Origin: Heterodontus francisci
Lineage: Eukaryota
Assembly (NCBI RefSeq): GCF_036365525.1
Contig: NC_090378.1
Location: forward strand, 123,799,593 to 123,863,592
DNA length: 64,000 nucleotides
Reading direction: 5' to 3'
Part shown: piece after piece, positions 43,890 to 56,129 of the stretch
Layout of the letters: the number at the start of each line of letters is the position of its first letter
Numbering within the stretch: the first letter of the stretch is position 1
Translations under genes and position numbers: made by a program
The notes under the pieces: generated by a model
Database searches by the model: none
The model's input: the letters and a program-made list of their open reading frames with translations, nothing else
Told to the model about the DNA's origin: nothing

Positions 43890-44404
43890 CAAACATATGA
43901 ATTAGGAGCAGGAGTAGGCCACTCGGCCCCTCGAACCTGCTCCACCATTCAATAAGATCATGGCTGATCTGATTGTAATCTCAACACCACATTCCCTCCT
44001 AGCCATGATAACCTTTCACCCCCTTGCTTATCAAGAATCTATCTTCCTCTGCCTTAAAAATATTTATAGACTCTGCTTCCATTGCCTTTTGAGAAAGAGA
44101 GTTCCAAAGAGTCACGACCCTTGGAAATAAAAGAATTCTCAACTCTGTATTAAATGGGTGACACCTTATTTTTAAATAGTGACCCCAAGTTCTAGTTTCT
44201 TCAACAAGAAGAAACAACCTTTCCACATCCACCCTGTCAAAACCCCTCAGGAATCTTATATGTCTCCATCAAGTCACCTCTTACTCTTCTAAACTCCAGT
44301 GGATATAAACCTAACCTGTCCAACCTTTCCTCAGAGGAAAACCTGCACATTCCAAGTATTAGTCTAATAAACCTTCTCTGAACTGATTCCAACACATTTA
44401 CATC
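43890..44404 (-). mobile_element. CR1 LINE 3' fragment
   Basis: Minus-strand LESVQRRFIRLI...ERLDRLGLYPLEFRRVRGDL...LWNSLSQKAMEAES, plus the typical 3' end. Confidence 0.88.
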
Positions 44405-45609
44405 CTGTAGGTGTGTGTTTCGGAGTGTGTGTGGGTTACCCAATACTGTCTGTTCGGTGTGTGTGTCTGAGTGTGTGTGGGTTACCCTGTACTGTCTGTA
44501 GGTGTGTGTGTCTGCATGTGTGTGGGTTACCCTGTATTGTCTGGAGGTGTGTGTGTCTGAGTATGTGTGGGTTACCCAGTACTGTACGTCGGTGTGTGTG
44601 TCTGAGTGTGTGTGGGTTACACAGTACTGTCTGTAGGTGTGTGTGTCTGTGTGTGTGTGGGTTACCCTGTACTGGCTGTAGGTGTGTGTGTCTGCGTGTG
44701 TGTGGGTTACCCTGTACTGTCTGTAGGTGTGTGTGTCTGAGTGTGTGTGGGTTACCCTGCACTGTCTGTAGGTGTGTGTGTCTGAGTGTGTGTGGGTTAC
44801 CCTGTATTGTCTGGAGGTGTGTGTGTCTGAGTGTGTGTGGGTTACCCAGGACTGTATGTCAGTGTGTGTGTCTGAGTGTGTGTGGGTTACCCAGTACTGT
44901 CTGTAGGTGTGTGTGTCTGAGTGTGTGTGGGTTACCCTGTAATGTCTGCAGGTGTGTGTATCTGAGTGTGTGTGGGTTACCCTGGACTGTCTGTAGATGT
45001 GTGTGTCTGAGTGTGTGTGGGTAACCCAGTACTGTCTGTAGGTGTGTGTGTCTGAGTGTGTGTGGGTTACCCTGTGCTGTCTGTAGGTGTGTGTGTCTGA
45101 GTGTGTGTGGGTTACCCTATACTGTCTGTAAGTGTGTGTGTCTGAGTGTGTGTGGGTTACCCTGTCCTGTCTGTAGGTGTGTGTGTCTAAGTGTGTGTGG
45201 GTTACCCTGTCCTGTCTGTAGGTGTGTGTCTCTGAGTGTGTGTGGGTTACCCAGTACTGTCTGTAGGTGTGTGTGTCTGAGTGTGTGTGGGTTACCCAGT
45301 ACTGTCTGTAGTTGTGTGTGTCTGAGTGTGTGTGGGTTACCCTGTCCTGTCTGTAGGTGTGTGTCTCTGAGTGTGTGTGGGTTACCCAGTACTGTCTGTA
45401 GGTGTGTGTGTCTGAGTGTGTGTGGGTTACCCTGTCCTGTCTGTAGGTGTGTGTCTCTGAGTGTGTGTGGGTTACCCAGTACTGTCTGTAGGTGTGTGTG
45501 TCTGAGTGTGTGTGGGTTACCCTGTCCTGTCTGTAGGTGTGTGTCTCTGAGTGTGTGTGGGTTACCCAGTACTGTCTGTAGGTGTGTGAGTCTGAGTGTG
45601 GGTGTGTTA
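44405..45609. repeat. 45-bp TG-rich minisatellite, left block (~27 units)
   Basis: Unit TTACCCTGTACTGTCTGTAGGTGTGTGTGTCTGAGTGTGTGTGGG; gives a 15-aa periodicity in the ORF track. Confidence 0.95.
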
Positions 45610-46040
45610 TAGAATCATAGAGTTATACAGCACAGAACCAGGCCCTTCAGCCCATCGTGTCTTTGCCAACCATCAAGCACCTATCTATTCTAATCACATT
45701 TTCTGGCACTTGGCCCATAGCCTTGTATGCTATGGCATTTCAAGTGCTCATCTAAATACATCTTAAATGTTGTGAGGGTTCCTGCCTCTACCAAGTGTTC
45801 AGGCAGTGCATTCCAGATTCGCACCACCCTCTGGGTGAAAATTCTTTTCCTCTAAGCCTCCTGCCTCTTAGTTTCAATCTATGCACACTGGTTATTGACC
45901 CCTCCACTAAGGCAAAAGGTTTCTTCCTATCTATCCTATCAATGCACCTCATAATTTTATATACCTCAATCAGGTCCTCCATCAGCCTTCTCTGCTCTAA
46001 GGAAAACAACCCTAGCCTATCCAGTCTCTCTTCATAGCTA
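45610..46040 (-). mobile_element. CR1 LINE 3' fragment inserted into the minisatellite
   Basis: Minus-strand SYEERLDRLGLFSLEQRRLMEDLIEVYKIMR. The 3' tail TAGAATCATAGAG lies at the left junction, and the minisatellite phase continues across the insertion (GTGTTA | CCAGTACT). Confidence 0.88.
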
Positions 46041-48760
46041 TCCAGTACTCTCAGTAGGTTTGTATGTCTAAGGATGTGTGTATTACACAGTGCAGTCATT
46101 TGGTGGGTTCCTCTGAGAATGGGTCTGTTACCCAGTATTGTCTGTAGGTGTGTGTCTCTGAGTGTGGGTGTGTTACCCAGTACTGTCTGTAGGTGCGTGT
46201 CTCTGAGTATGTGTCTTACCCAGTACTGTCTGCAGGTGTGTGTCTCTGAGTGTGTGTGTGTTAAACAGTACTGTCTGCAGGTGTGTGTCTCTGAGTGTGG
46301 GTGTGTTACCCAGTACTGTCTGTAGGTGTGTGTCTCTGAGTTTGAGTGTGTTACCCAGTACTGTCTGTAGGTGTGTGTCTCTGAGTTTGAGTGTGTTACC
46401 CAGTACTGTCTGTAGGTGTGCATCTCTGATTGTGGGTGAGTTACCCAGTTCTGTCGGTAGGTGTGTATCTCTGAGTGTGGGTGTGCTACCCAGTTCTGTC
46501 TGGAGGTGTGTATCTCTGAGTTTGGGTGTGTTAGCCTGTACTGTCTGTAGGTGTGTGTTTCTGAGTGTGGGTGTGTTACCCAGTACTGTCTGTAGGTGTG
46601 TGTCTCTGAGTTTGAGTGTGTTACCCAGTACTGTCTCTAGGTGTGTAACTCTGATTGTGGGTGAGTTACCCAGTACTGTCGGTAGGTGTGTATCTCTGAG
46701 TGTGGGTGTGTTACCCAGTTCTGTCTGGAGGTGTGTATCTCTGAGTGTGGGTGTGTTCCCCAGTACTGTCTGTAGGTGTGTATCTCTGAGTGTGGGTGTG
46801 TTACCCAGTTCTGTCTGGAGGTGTGTATCTCTGAGTGCGGGTATGTTACCCAGTACTGTCTGTAGGTGTGTATCTCTGAGTGTGGGTGTGTTACCCAGTT
46901 CTGTCTGGAGGTGTGTATCTCTGAGTGTGGGTGTGTTACCCAGTACTGTCTGTAGGTGTGTGTCTCTGAGTGTGGGTGTGTTACCCAGTACTGTCTGTAG
47001 GTGTGTGTCTCTGAGTGTGGGAGTGTTACCCAGTACTGTCTGTAGGTGTGTGTCTCTGAGTGTGGGTGTGTTACCCAGTACTGTCTGTAGGTGTGTGTCT
47101 CTGAGTGTGAGTGTGTTACCCAGTACTGTCTGTAGGTGTGTGTCTCTGAGTGTGAGTGTGTTACCCAGTACTGTCTGCAGGTGTGTGTCTCTGAGTTTGA
47201 GTATGTTACCCAGAACTGTCTGTCGGTGTGTGTCTCTGAGTTTGAGTGTGTTACCCAGTACTGTCTGTCGGTGTGTATCTCTGAGTTTGAGTGTGTTACC
47301 CAGTACTGTATGTAGGTGTGTGTCTCTGAGTTTGAGTGTGTTACCCAGTACTGTCTGTAGGTGTGTATCTCTGAGTTTGAGTGTGTTACCCAGTACTGTC
47401 TGTAGGTGTGTGTCTCTGAGTTTGAGTGTGTTACCCAGTACTGTCTGTAGGTGTGTGTCTCTGAGTTTGAGTGTGTTACCCAGTACTGTCTGTAGGTGTG
47501 TGTCTCTGAGTTTGAGTGTGTTACCCAGTACTGTCTGTAGATGTGTGTCTCTGAGTGTGGGTGTGTTACCCAGTACTGTCTGTAGGTGTGTGTCTCTGAG
47601 TGTGGGTGTGTTACCCAGTACTGTCTGTAGGTGTGTATCTCTGAGTGTGGGTGTGTTACCCAGTATTGTCTGTAGGTGTGTATCTCTGAGTGTGGGTGTG
47701 TTACCCAGTTCTGTCTGGAGGTGTGTATCTCTGAGTGCGGGTATGTTACCCAGTACTGTCTGTAGGTGTGTATCTCTGAGTGTGGGTGTGTTACCCAGTT
47801 CTGTCTGGAGGTGTGTATCTCTGAGTGTGGGTGTGTTACCCAGTACTGTCTGTAGGTGTGTGTCTCTGAGTGTGGGTGTGTTACCCAGTACTGTCTGTAG
47901 GTGTGTGTCTCTGAGTGTGGGAGTGTTACCCAGTACTGTCTGTAGGTGTGTGTCTCTGAGTGTGGGTGTGTTACCCAGTACTGTCTGTAGGTGTGTGTCT
48001 CTGAGTGTGAGTGTGTTACCCAGCACTGTCTGTAGGTGTGTGTCTCTGAGTGTGAGTGTGTTACCCAGTACTGTCTGCAGGTGTGTGTCTCTGAGTTTGA
48101 GTATGTTACCCAGAACTGTCTGTCGGTGTGTGTCTCTGAGTTTGAGTGTGTTACCCAGTACTGTCTGTCGGTGTGTATCTCTGAGTTTGAGTGTGTTACC
48201 CAGTACTGTCTGTAGGTGTGTGTCTCTGAGTTTGAGTGTGTTACCCAGTACTGTCTGTAGGTGTGTATCTCTGAGTTTGAGTGTGTTACCCAGTACTGTC
48301 TGTAGGTGTGTGTCTCTGAGTTTGAGTGTGTTACCCAGTACTGTCTGTAGGTGTGTGTCTCTGAGTTTGAGTGTGTTACCCAGTACTGTCTGTAGGTGTG
48401 TGTCTCTGAGTTTGAGTGTGTTACCCAGTACTGTCTGTAGATGTGTGTCTCTGAGTGTGGGTGTGTTACCCAGTACTGTCTGTAGGTGTGTGTCTCTGAG
48501 TGTGGGTGTGTTACCCAGTACTGTCTGTAGGTGTGTATCTCTGAGTGTGGGTGTGTTACCCAGTACTGTCTGTAGGTGTGTATCTCTGAGTGTGGGTGTG
48601 TTACCCAGTACTGTCTGTAGGTGTGTATCTCTGAGTTTGAGTGTGTTACCCAGTACTGTCTGTAGGTGTGTATCTCTGAGTGTGGGTGTGTTACCCAGTA
48701 CTGTCTGTAGGTGTGTATCTCTGAGTTTGAGTGTGTTACCCAGTACTGTCTGTAGGTGTG
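46041..48760. repeat. 45-bp TG-rich minisatellite, right block (~60 units)
   Basis: Unit TTACCCAGTACTGTCTGTAGGTGTGTGTCTCTGAGTGTGGGTGTG; contains a 900-bp higher-order duplication. Confidence 0.96.
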
Positions 48761-48764
48761 GCTG

Positions 48765-48856
48765 CTATGTTTTGAAGATGCAATGGCACGTTTCACTATC
48801 ACAGACGTCACAAGGAAAAAGGCCTTACTTTGACACTTGGAGGTGAAGAATTAGAA
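48765..48856 (+). mobile_element. Gypsy gag N-terminal remnant
   Basis: Translates to FEDAMARFTITDVTRKKALL*HL/GGEEL, resembling the FE...I.D..RK.ALLLH..G.E pattern of Mag-like Gypsy gag. Same strand as the integrase at 50,180. Confidence 0.5.
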
Positions 48857-50179
48857 TATGGTTTTCCAGCATACGGCCCACGGGCCAGACTTCAGCCCTG
48901 CAAAGCACTTCGGTGGGCAGCTCTATTTTTGTGAGGATCCCCGACCCACACAACGTGGCTGTGCCCAGCGGGAGAGTGTCATTCACATCCTGTCTCTGTA
49001 ATCCACATTGATGGAGAATGAACAGATGGGGAATGGGCAGCAGAGACAGGGGAGCCGGGATTGTAGGGCGGGGAGTGGAAAGCGAGGAGTGGAGCGTGGA
49101 GTGGGGATTGGAGAACGGACAGTGGGGAGTGGAGAGCGTGGAGTGGGGAGTGGTGAACGGACAGTGGGGAGTAGAGAGCGTGGAGTGGGGAGTGGAGAAC
49201 GGACAGTGGGGAGTGGAGAGCGTGGAGTGGGGAGTGGAGAACGGACAGTGGGGAGTGGAGAGCGTGGAGTGGGGAGTGGAGAACGGACAGTGGGGAGTGG
49301 AGAGCGTGGAGTGGAGAACGGACAGTGGGGAGTGGGGAGCGTGGAGTGGAGAACGGACAGTGGGGAGTGGAGAGCGTGGAATGGGGAGTGGAGAAAGGAC
49401 AGTGGGGAGTGGAGAGCGTGGAGTGGGAATGGAGAACGGACAGTGGGGAGTAGAGGCGTGGAGTGGGGAGTGGAGAACGGACAGTGGGGAGTGGAGAGCG
49501 TGGAGTGGGGAGTGGAGTGTGGGTAGTGGGGAGAGGAGAGTGGGCAGTGGAGAGTGGGCAGTGGAGAGCGGGAAGTGGAGGGTGGGGAGCAGGGATCAGG
49601 GACTGGGGAGCAGGCAGTGAGGAGGAGGGAATGAGAGACAAACAGAGAAAGAGAGCAGGGAGTAAGAGAAAGAAGGGGCAGAGAGAGAGGGAGAGAGAGA
49701 GACAGAGAGAGGGGATAGTGGGACAGACAGAGGGAGACTGATAGAGAGAGTGGGGAGACAGAGGTAGGGGAGAGGGTGGGACTGAGAGGGGGAGAGAGAG
49801 ATGGAGGGGGGAAAGAGAGACAGAGAGATACAGAGAGCAAGAGGAGAGAGGAAGAAAGATCAATATCTCTCTGACACATGGACATCATTCTGGAATACAC
49901 TGCATTGCTACGTCAAGTGTGTGGGCAGAGATTGAGTATTAATGCAAGCAAAAACAATGTCAGGTAGGTCACTAAATCAATGTTCAACATAGTAATGAGA
50001 AAGTAAGTCAATAAATTACTTCTCATTTAAAGCTTCTTCATAAAAATGCACATTTGTTATAGTTTTCATACAAGGATACATTTTTAATGCCTTTATCGTC
50101 CGAAATGTTCTCACTGGCCCCCTACTGGAGGGTAAAAATTGTAATCTGGCCCCTGACACGAAAAGGTTGGACATCCCTG
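48857..50179. mobile_element. Non-autonomous hAT (Charlie-like) element containing G-rich repeats
   Basis: The right end AAAAGGTTGGACATCCCTG is the reverse complement of CAGGGATGTCCAACCTTTT. The left end is a decayed TATGGTTTTCCAGCATACGGCCCACGGGCCAGA with Charlie-like subterminal GGCCC motifs. The TSDs do not match. Confidence 0.6.
49060..49860. repeat. G-rich ~42-bp minisatellite followed by a GA-rich tract
   Basis: Unit GAGAACGGACAGTGGGGAGTGGAGAGCGTGGAGTGGGGAGTG, with 35-bp deletion variants, runs to ~49,560. Polypurine (GA)n follows to ~49,860. Confidence 0.9.
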
Positions 50180-51503
50180 CTATCAAATCACGAAAGTGGA
50201 AAGACGTGATCGAGAAATGTCTACAGATTAATTCTGACACACTACAAGATCTTCACACCAATGTTCGAAATGAGCTCACTGTTGCAACTACATCTGATCT
50301 CATATTACACAACAACTGTATGGTCATTCCACACTCATTAAGAGAATGTGTTGTTGATAAAGGACACCAGGGAATAGTCACTAGCAAACAACTCCTTAGG
50401 CAAATGGTTTGGGTTCCAGGAATGAACTGCATGGTAGAGATAAAATCAATCAATGTTTACCATGTCAACTACCCACAATGTCAAATCTTCATGATCCTCT
50501 CGTGATGTCTGAACTACCTCCAGGACCAGGGATTGTGTCAGTGTTGATTTCACAGATTTACCCACAGGTGAACACCTGCTTGTTGTCACTGACGACTACA
50601 GCAGATTCCCAATCGTGGAATTAGTTAAGTCAACTCCAACAAAAGCAGTGATTCCAAAGCTTGACCAGATCTTTACCTTGTTTGGAATCCCTCAAACAGT
50701 AAGAAGTGACAATGAACCCCCATTCAACAGCAATGAGTTCAGTAAATTCACAAACTACCTAGTGTTCACTCATAGGGAAATCACACCCCATTGGCCAAGA
50801 GCTAATGGAGAAGTCGAGACATTTATGTGAACCTTGAAAATAGTGATACGTACAGCTACAGCTGTGAACAAGTCATGGGAGCAAGAGTTATATCACTTTC
50901 TTCATAATTACAGAGTGACTCCAAACTCAACTACTGGAAAACCTCCAGTTACTCTCATCTTTACACATCCTCTGTGCACACGTCTTCCTCAATTATCCTA
51001 CGGAGATAATGATCAACATATACATCAACACGATCGATATCAGAAGGATAGATTGAAGGTAAATGCAGAACGAAACATGAAACTTCGAGGCTACACCACT
51101 AAAACCAGGAGATAAAGTACTTGTGAAACGTGATGGTCATGTTGGAAAACAAACAACCCCTTATAACATCCAACCATTTGTTGTGACCAACACAAAAGGA
51201 TCAATGATCACTGCTGAGCACGATTCACAAATTATCACAAGAAACGTGTCATTCTTCAAACACTGAAAACACCTCTCGTAAACATTGAATCCGATTTCAG
51301 CATCGACACCTCCGATGAAGAACATGAGTTAAATGAAACTTCACCTGATGTCAGACAATATCCTACTTGTGAGAGAAAATGCCCATCATACATAGGTGAC
51401 TATCTAACGAAGTGAACTATTTATGTGTAAGTTTATACTTTACATTTTTGGAAACAAACCATTGACACATACTACATCTCTCATTTACTGAGAAGGGGAG
51501 GAA
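50180..51503 (+). mobile_element. Ty3/Gypsy (Mag-like) pol 3' part: integrase, degenerate, ending in a polypurine tract
   Basis: GHQGIV...CLPCQ zinc finger, then LLVVTDDYSRFP, then FGIPQTVRSDN-(35 aa)-WPRANGEVE (D35E), then YRVTPNSTTGKPP. Frameshifts and stops are present. PPT GAGAAGGGGAGGAA at 51490-51503. Confidence 0.92.
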
Positions 51504-51699
51504 TGTCGTGTTGCAGTGTTTTGAAATTGCATTGTACATTTTGTTAACTTGAAGCCACTGTAGAACACACAGGCTAGCAAAGGGAAAGTGGAAATAAAAC
51601 AGAATAAAGAAGAAGCCTTTGTGTTTAACAGCCTGCAGTCTCAGTCTCACATATCTCATCCTAAACTCGGCTAAACCTCACTAAGTCCCGAGGACATCA
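51504..51699 (+). mobile_element. 3' LTR of the Gypsy element (~196 bp)
   Basis: Starts TGTCGT immediately after the PPT, contains AATAAA twice (~51,592 and ~51,603), and probably ends at ...GGACATCA. Confidence 0.7.
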
Positions 51700-52644
51700 C
51701 TCTCCATTGGGCTGGAGTGGGCTGTGAGTGATTGGGCAGTGGAGAGGATCGTCACCCTCTTGGCATCGTGAGGGCAGAAGAACAGGGGGCGAGGCTGCCA
51801 CAGACAATTGGGTGGCCATGTGACCAGCGGGAAGGCAGCCAGGCCTCTGGCTTTGCTGGACCATTATGTAAATCAAGTGCTCTGTGTTCTCCCACTCTGC
51901 AGTATGAGCACTCAAACAGCGGCCACAGGAATGGCTGCCGTGGTGAGTTTAAATTGGACTCACACTTGAGCTGCCCCCCAAAACCCCCGTTATTGCATTA
52001 ATTAACTGGTCACCACTGTGAAACCCGGAACTCATTTCTGTTTTCCCCCAGGGACGGGTTTGGGACCCGGAAACAGTCCCGACGTCCATTTCCTGCCCCC
52101 GATATGAAAATCCAGCCCCATCCACCTGATTGGAGAGATTCAAAGAGGGAAGTCTGGGGAAAATGGGCACAGAGTAATGAGGCAAAAATACATTCACACT
52201 TTGGAGAGGAAAGGGAGATTAGTGATGGGGTAGTTTACAAGGACACATTGGTTGAGTGTGGATTTTTTGAGGAGATGGTGATGGTGATGATGATGATTTT
52301 GAGAGCGAGGGGGTCATTACCTGTGGAAAGCCCGAACCTCTGATACCTGAACTCTCCCAGTGAAGCTTTCCCTCGGCTACTTTATCTCTCTCATCATGGC
52401 TCCAAACTGTAATCTGAATAATTCCAATGGTTTTCCCTCTGTTTCCTTGTTTTCCTGATTATTCCAAACATATTCCCCTCTGAGTCAGGACTATTTACCT
52501 GATCGATGCTGTAATTTTTCTGTCACTACTTTCCATTAATGTCATCAGCTTTTACCATCGAATCCGAGAATCACACAACACTGTAGGAGGCCATTCAGCC
52601 CCTCCGGCCTGTTGTTGGAATCTGCTTTGATCTACATTTTAAAA

Positions 52645-52985
52645 ATTCTTTCTTGGGATGTGGGTGCCGCTGGCCAGGCCAGCATTTATTGCCCATCCCT
52701 AATTGCCCTTGAGAAGGTGGTGGTGAGCTGCCTTCTTGAACTGCTGCAGTCCGTGTGGTGTAGGTGAACCCACAGTGCTGTTAGGAAGGGAGTTCCAGGA
52801 TTTTGACCCAGTGACAGTGAAGGAACAGCGATATAGTTCCAGGTCAGGATGGTGTGTGGATTGGAGGGGAAATTACAGGTGGTGCTGTTCCCATGTATTT
52901 GCTGCCCTTGTCCTTCTTGGTGGTAGAGTTCGTGGGTTTGGAAGGTTCTGTCTAAGGAGACTTGGTGCGTTGCTGCAGTGCATCT
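52645..52985 (-). mobile_element. CR1-group LINE 3' end, same family as 41,560-42,413
   Basis: Reverse complement of 42,140-42,410; both translate to near-identical NCCSPCGVG.PTVLLGREFQDFDPVTVKE. Confidence 0.85.
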
Positions 52986-52999
52986 TGTTTATTTTGAAG

Positions 53000-55900
53000 G
53001 AAGCCTTTATACCCCAGGCCCCTGTTATTTTGCTGAGGGGGCCTTTATTGCTCAGGTCCCCTTTAAAATGCATTTTATAAAATAACTTTATTAAAAACAG
53101 ATAAATAGAACAAAAATCTAATTAAAATGCCATTCTCAGCATTGATGATGCACTCCAGCCCCTGCGGTGACCACGGGTCGCAGAAGGCCTCGATCGAACC
53201 CGCGGACACTGCTTGCTCCTTCTCCAGGGACACCCGGGCGCGAACATAACTTGGGAAGAGGAGCAGGCAATCAGGGCGGATGGACCCCCTGACGGTCCGC
53301 AGCCTGGACCTGTGAATTGCCACCTTGGCCAGGCCCAGGAGCAGACCGATGAGGAGATCCTTCCCCCGGCCCACGCCCCTCCGCTCCGGGTGGCCAAAGA
53401 TCAGGAGCGTGGGACTGAAGTGCAGCCAAAACTTGAGGAGCAGCCCCTTCAAATACTCAAAGACGGGCAGCAACCTCGCACATTCCATATAAACATGGAA
53501 CACAAACTTGTCCAGGCTGCAGAAATTACAGGCGGCCTGGGGGTCCGTGAACCTACTTAAAAGACTAGTGCATGGGACTGCCCTGTGCAGCACCCTCCAC
53601 CCCAGGTCCCCCATGTAAAGGGGGAAGAGTCCTGCTTAGAGAGACCTCCACTGTGGTTTCCCCTCGCTGCCAGATGTCAACACGGATTGCCAGGCCGTGT
53701 CCAGCCCGCTGACGAGGGCGAGGAAGTAGAGAGTGTGCAGGAATAGCCTGGACAGAAAACACCTCCACGCCGATTGGAATGGCACGGAGGGCATTTCCAA
53801 GAAGCGGCTTGGTTTGTGCGAGACCGGCTCCCGAGGACGGTTTTGGGGCCTGGGTCCGATGAGCAGTTCCGCCAAATGGGGCTCAGTTCTGCTGGGAACG
53901 CTTCCAAGTCCCCTCGTCACCTGCAATGAGGGGCGTCCCAGAGGCTTCAGCTACTCCTTCACCCGTTGGTCCATCGCCGGAGTTGGCCACCCGGACAGCC
54001 GAGGCGCTCTCCTCCGCCGACGGGGGAACGCGCTGACTGGAGGCGAACATGTTCCAGACTCTGAATAGATCCCGGTAAAAGACAGGCAACTCCCTCAGAG
54101 AGGCACAGCTAACGTTCTCCAGTGGGAGCTGCGTGTTGTCTTGAAGGCAGTGCCCTTGGCAGCACACCCCATCTGGGAGGCAGCTCCGCGTACAGGGTTT
54201 GAAGGCGGAGCGTCACAGCCTGGGTCCGGACGCACACCAGCGACTGGCCGCCCTCCTCAATTGGGAGACTCAGGACCGCAGCAGAGACCCAGTGTTTCCT
54301 CTTGCCCCAGAAGAAATCGACGAGCTTCTTCTGGATCTTGGTGGCAAATGCAGGAGGTGGAGCCAAAATGGCCAACCATACCACAGCATCAAGGCCACCA
54401 GTTGGTTTATGACCAGCGCACGGCCCCTGTCGGAAAGCACTCGGAGCAGTCCTGTCCAGCGCCCCAGCCAACTGGTGACTTTCGCCTCCAATTCCTGCCA
54501 CTTTGCCGGCCAGGCTTCCTCAGTGGGGCTAAGTTGGACTCCCAGATAGAGGAGGTGCGTGTTGCTCCACGCAAAAGGTGTCAACTCCTCTGGCAGTGAG
54601 TCGACCCGCCACTGACCCACCAGGAATCTGGAATATTTCTCCCAACTGATCCTTGCGGAGGACATGGGAAAGGTCTGCCGGCAGTCACGCATCCTCCGCA
54701 AGTCAATGGGACCTATGATCGTGAGGAGCACGTCATCGGCGTAAGCCAAGAGGACAACCCGCATGGCCAGCCCTTCAACTTCCTGTGAAGCAAGCAAAGG
54801 AATGGCTCCACACAGATGGTGTACAATTGGCTGGAAATGAGGCATCCCTGGCGCACTCCTCTCCCAAAGCGAAGGGGCGCCGTCAAGGACCAGTTAACTT
54901 TGACCAGACACTCTGCAGCGACGTATAAAAGTCATACCCGGGCCACAAAATGCGGCCCAAGTCTGAATGTGCGCAGAGTCCTGAAAAGGTATTCTTGATC
55001 CACCCTGTCGAACGCCTTCTCCTGATCAAGGGAGAGAAAGGCGATCAACAGAGCAATCCTCTGGAAAAGCTGGATCAGGTCTCGGACGAGGAGGATGTTG
55101 TCCTGGATGGACCGGCCCGGAATATTGTAGAACTGGTCGGGGTGGATCATGTGGGCCAGCACAGAGCCCAGGCTGGTACTGAGGACGGAGACCGGACTTT
55201 AAGCAAGTGGAGATTGCGCCTCTTCAGCAGCAGGATGATGACCGACCTGCACCACGAGAGGGGCATCTCGCCGGTCGCCTGGCTTTCCACCAAGGCCCAC
55301 ACGTAATCGTCCCCCAGAACCCATGCATAATCGTCCCCCAGGACGTCCCAGAACATCCTGAGGAACTCCACGGTCAGCCGATCCAGCCCCAGGGAATTGC
55401 CCTTCGAGAGCTGGTGCAGGGCACCAGTCAGCTCTGCCAACGTGAGCGGAGCCTCCAATCCTTTGGCACCGTCCGGGCTGACCTGCGGCAGGTCCTCACA
55501 CAAAACTCTGCTTGTATCCTCATTGGATGGATCCGGAGAGAATAACACACTGTAATAGGTGCGGACAAGGAGGCCCATTCCCTCCGGATCCGTGATGGAG
55601 GATCCGTCATCAGCCAGCAGCTCAATGAGCTGCTTAATGACGCCCCGCCATTTTTCCAGCGAGTAGAAGAAGGGTGAGACGTGGTCCAAATCTTCCAGTA
55701 TCTGGATCCACGACCTCATGTACACGCCTCGGACTCTACGAGCTGCAGGTTCCTCAGCGCACCCTTCTTCTCTTTGTACACCTGCCACAGGGCCGGGTCC
55801 CTGACGTCATGACCGAAGCGGGACTCCAAGTCGAGCATCTCCCTCCCTCAGTGCCCGATCTCGGCTTCCCGCCTCTTGGTTGACACCTTCACGTACCCCT

Positions 55901-56100
55901 GACAGAAGACACGGATGTGAGTGTTGCCCACATCCTACCATAGCGTCAAGGAGGGGAAGCCCCCCCTGCTTCCTTCTCCAGTCGGCCCAGAATCGATGGA
56001 ACGAATCCTGGAATTGCTCATCCTCCAGCAATCGGTTGTTAAAGTGCCAGTACGTGGACCCTGCCCGCGTGCTGAGTGGAATGAACTCCAACCACACCAG
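53000..56100 (-). mobile_element. Tx1-like (L1 clade) LINE ORF2, 5'-truncated and frameshifted
   Basis: Minus-strand YWHFNNRLLEDEQF, FFYSLEK, SLGLDRLTVEF, IHPDQ...GRSIQDNI...SLDQEKAFDRV, GVRQGC, LAYADDV, YLGV, and a C-terminal CNFC...HVYMEC zinc knuckle. Confidence 0.93.
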
Positions 56101-56129
56101 GTGGTTCTGTCCTTGGGCAGCTCCATCTG

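Noticed and set aside
44413-48846. Long ORFs of 203-868 aa on both strands
   Set aside because: A 45-bp unit without stops keeps several frames open; there is no splice or domain evidence.
49060-49620. Switch-region-like repeat
   Set aside because: It lacks AGCT arrays, sits inside a transposon, and light chains do not class-switch.
51982-52020. CACTGTG downstream of C as a KDE/RS-like element
   Set aside because: The sequence at 23-nt spacing (AACCCCCGT) is not a nonamer.
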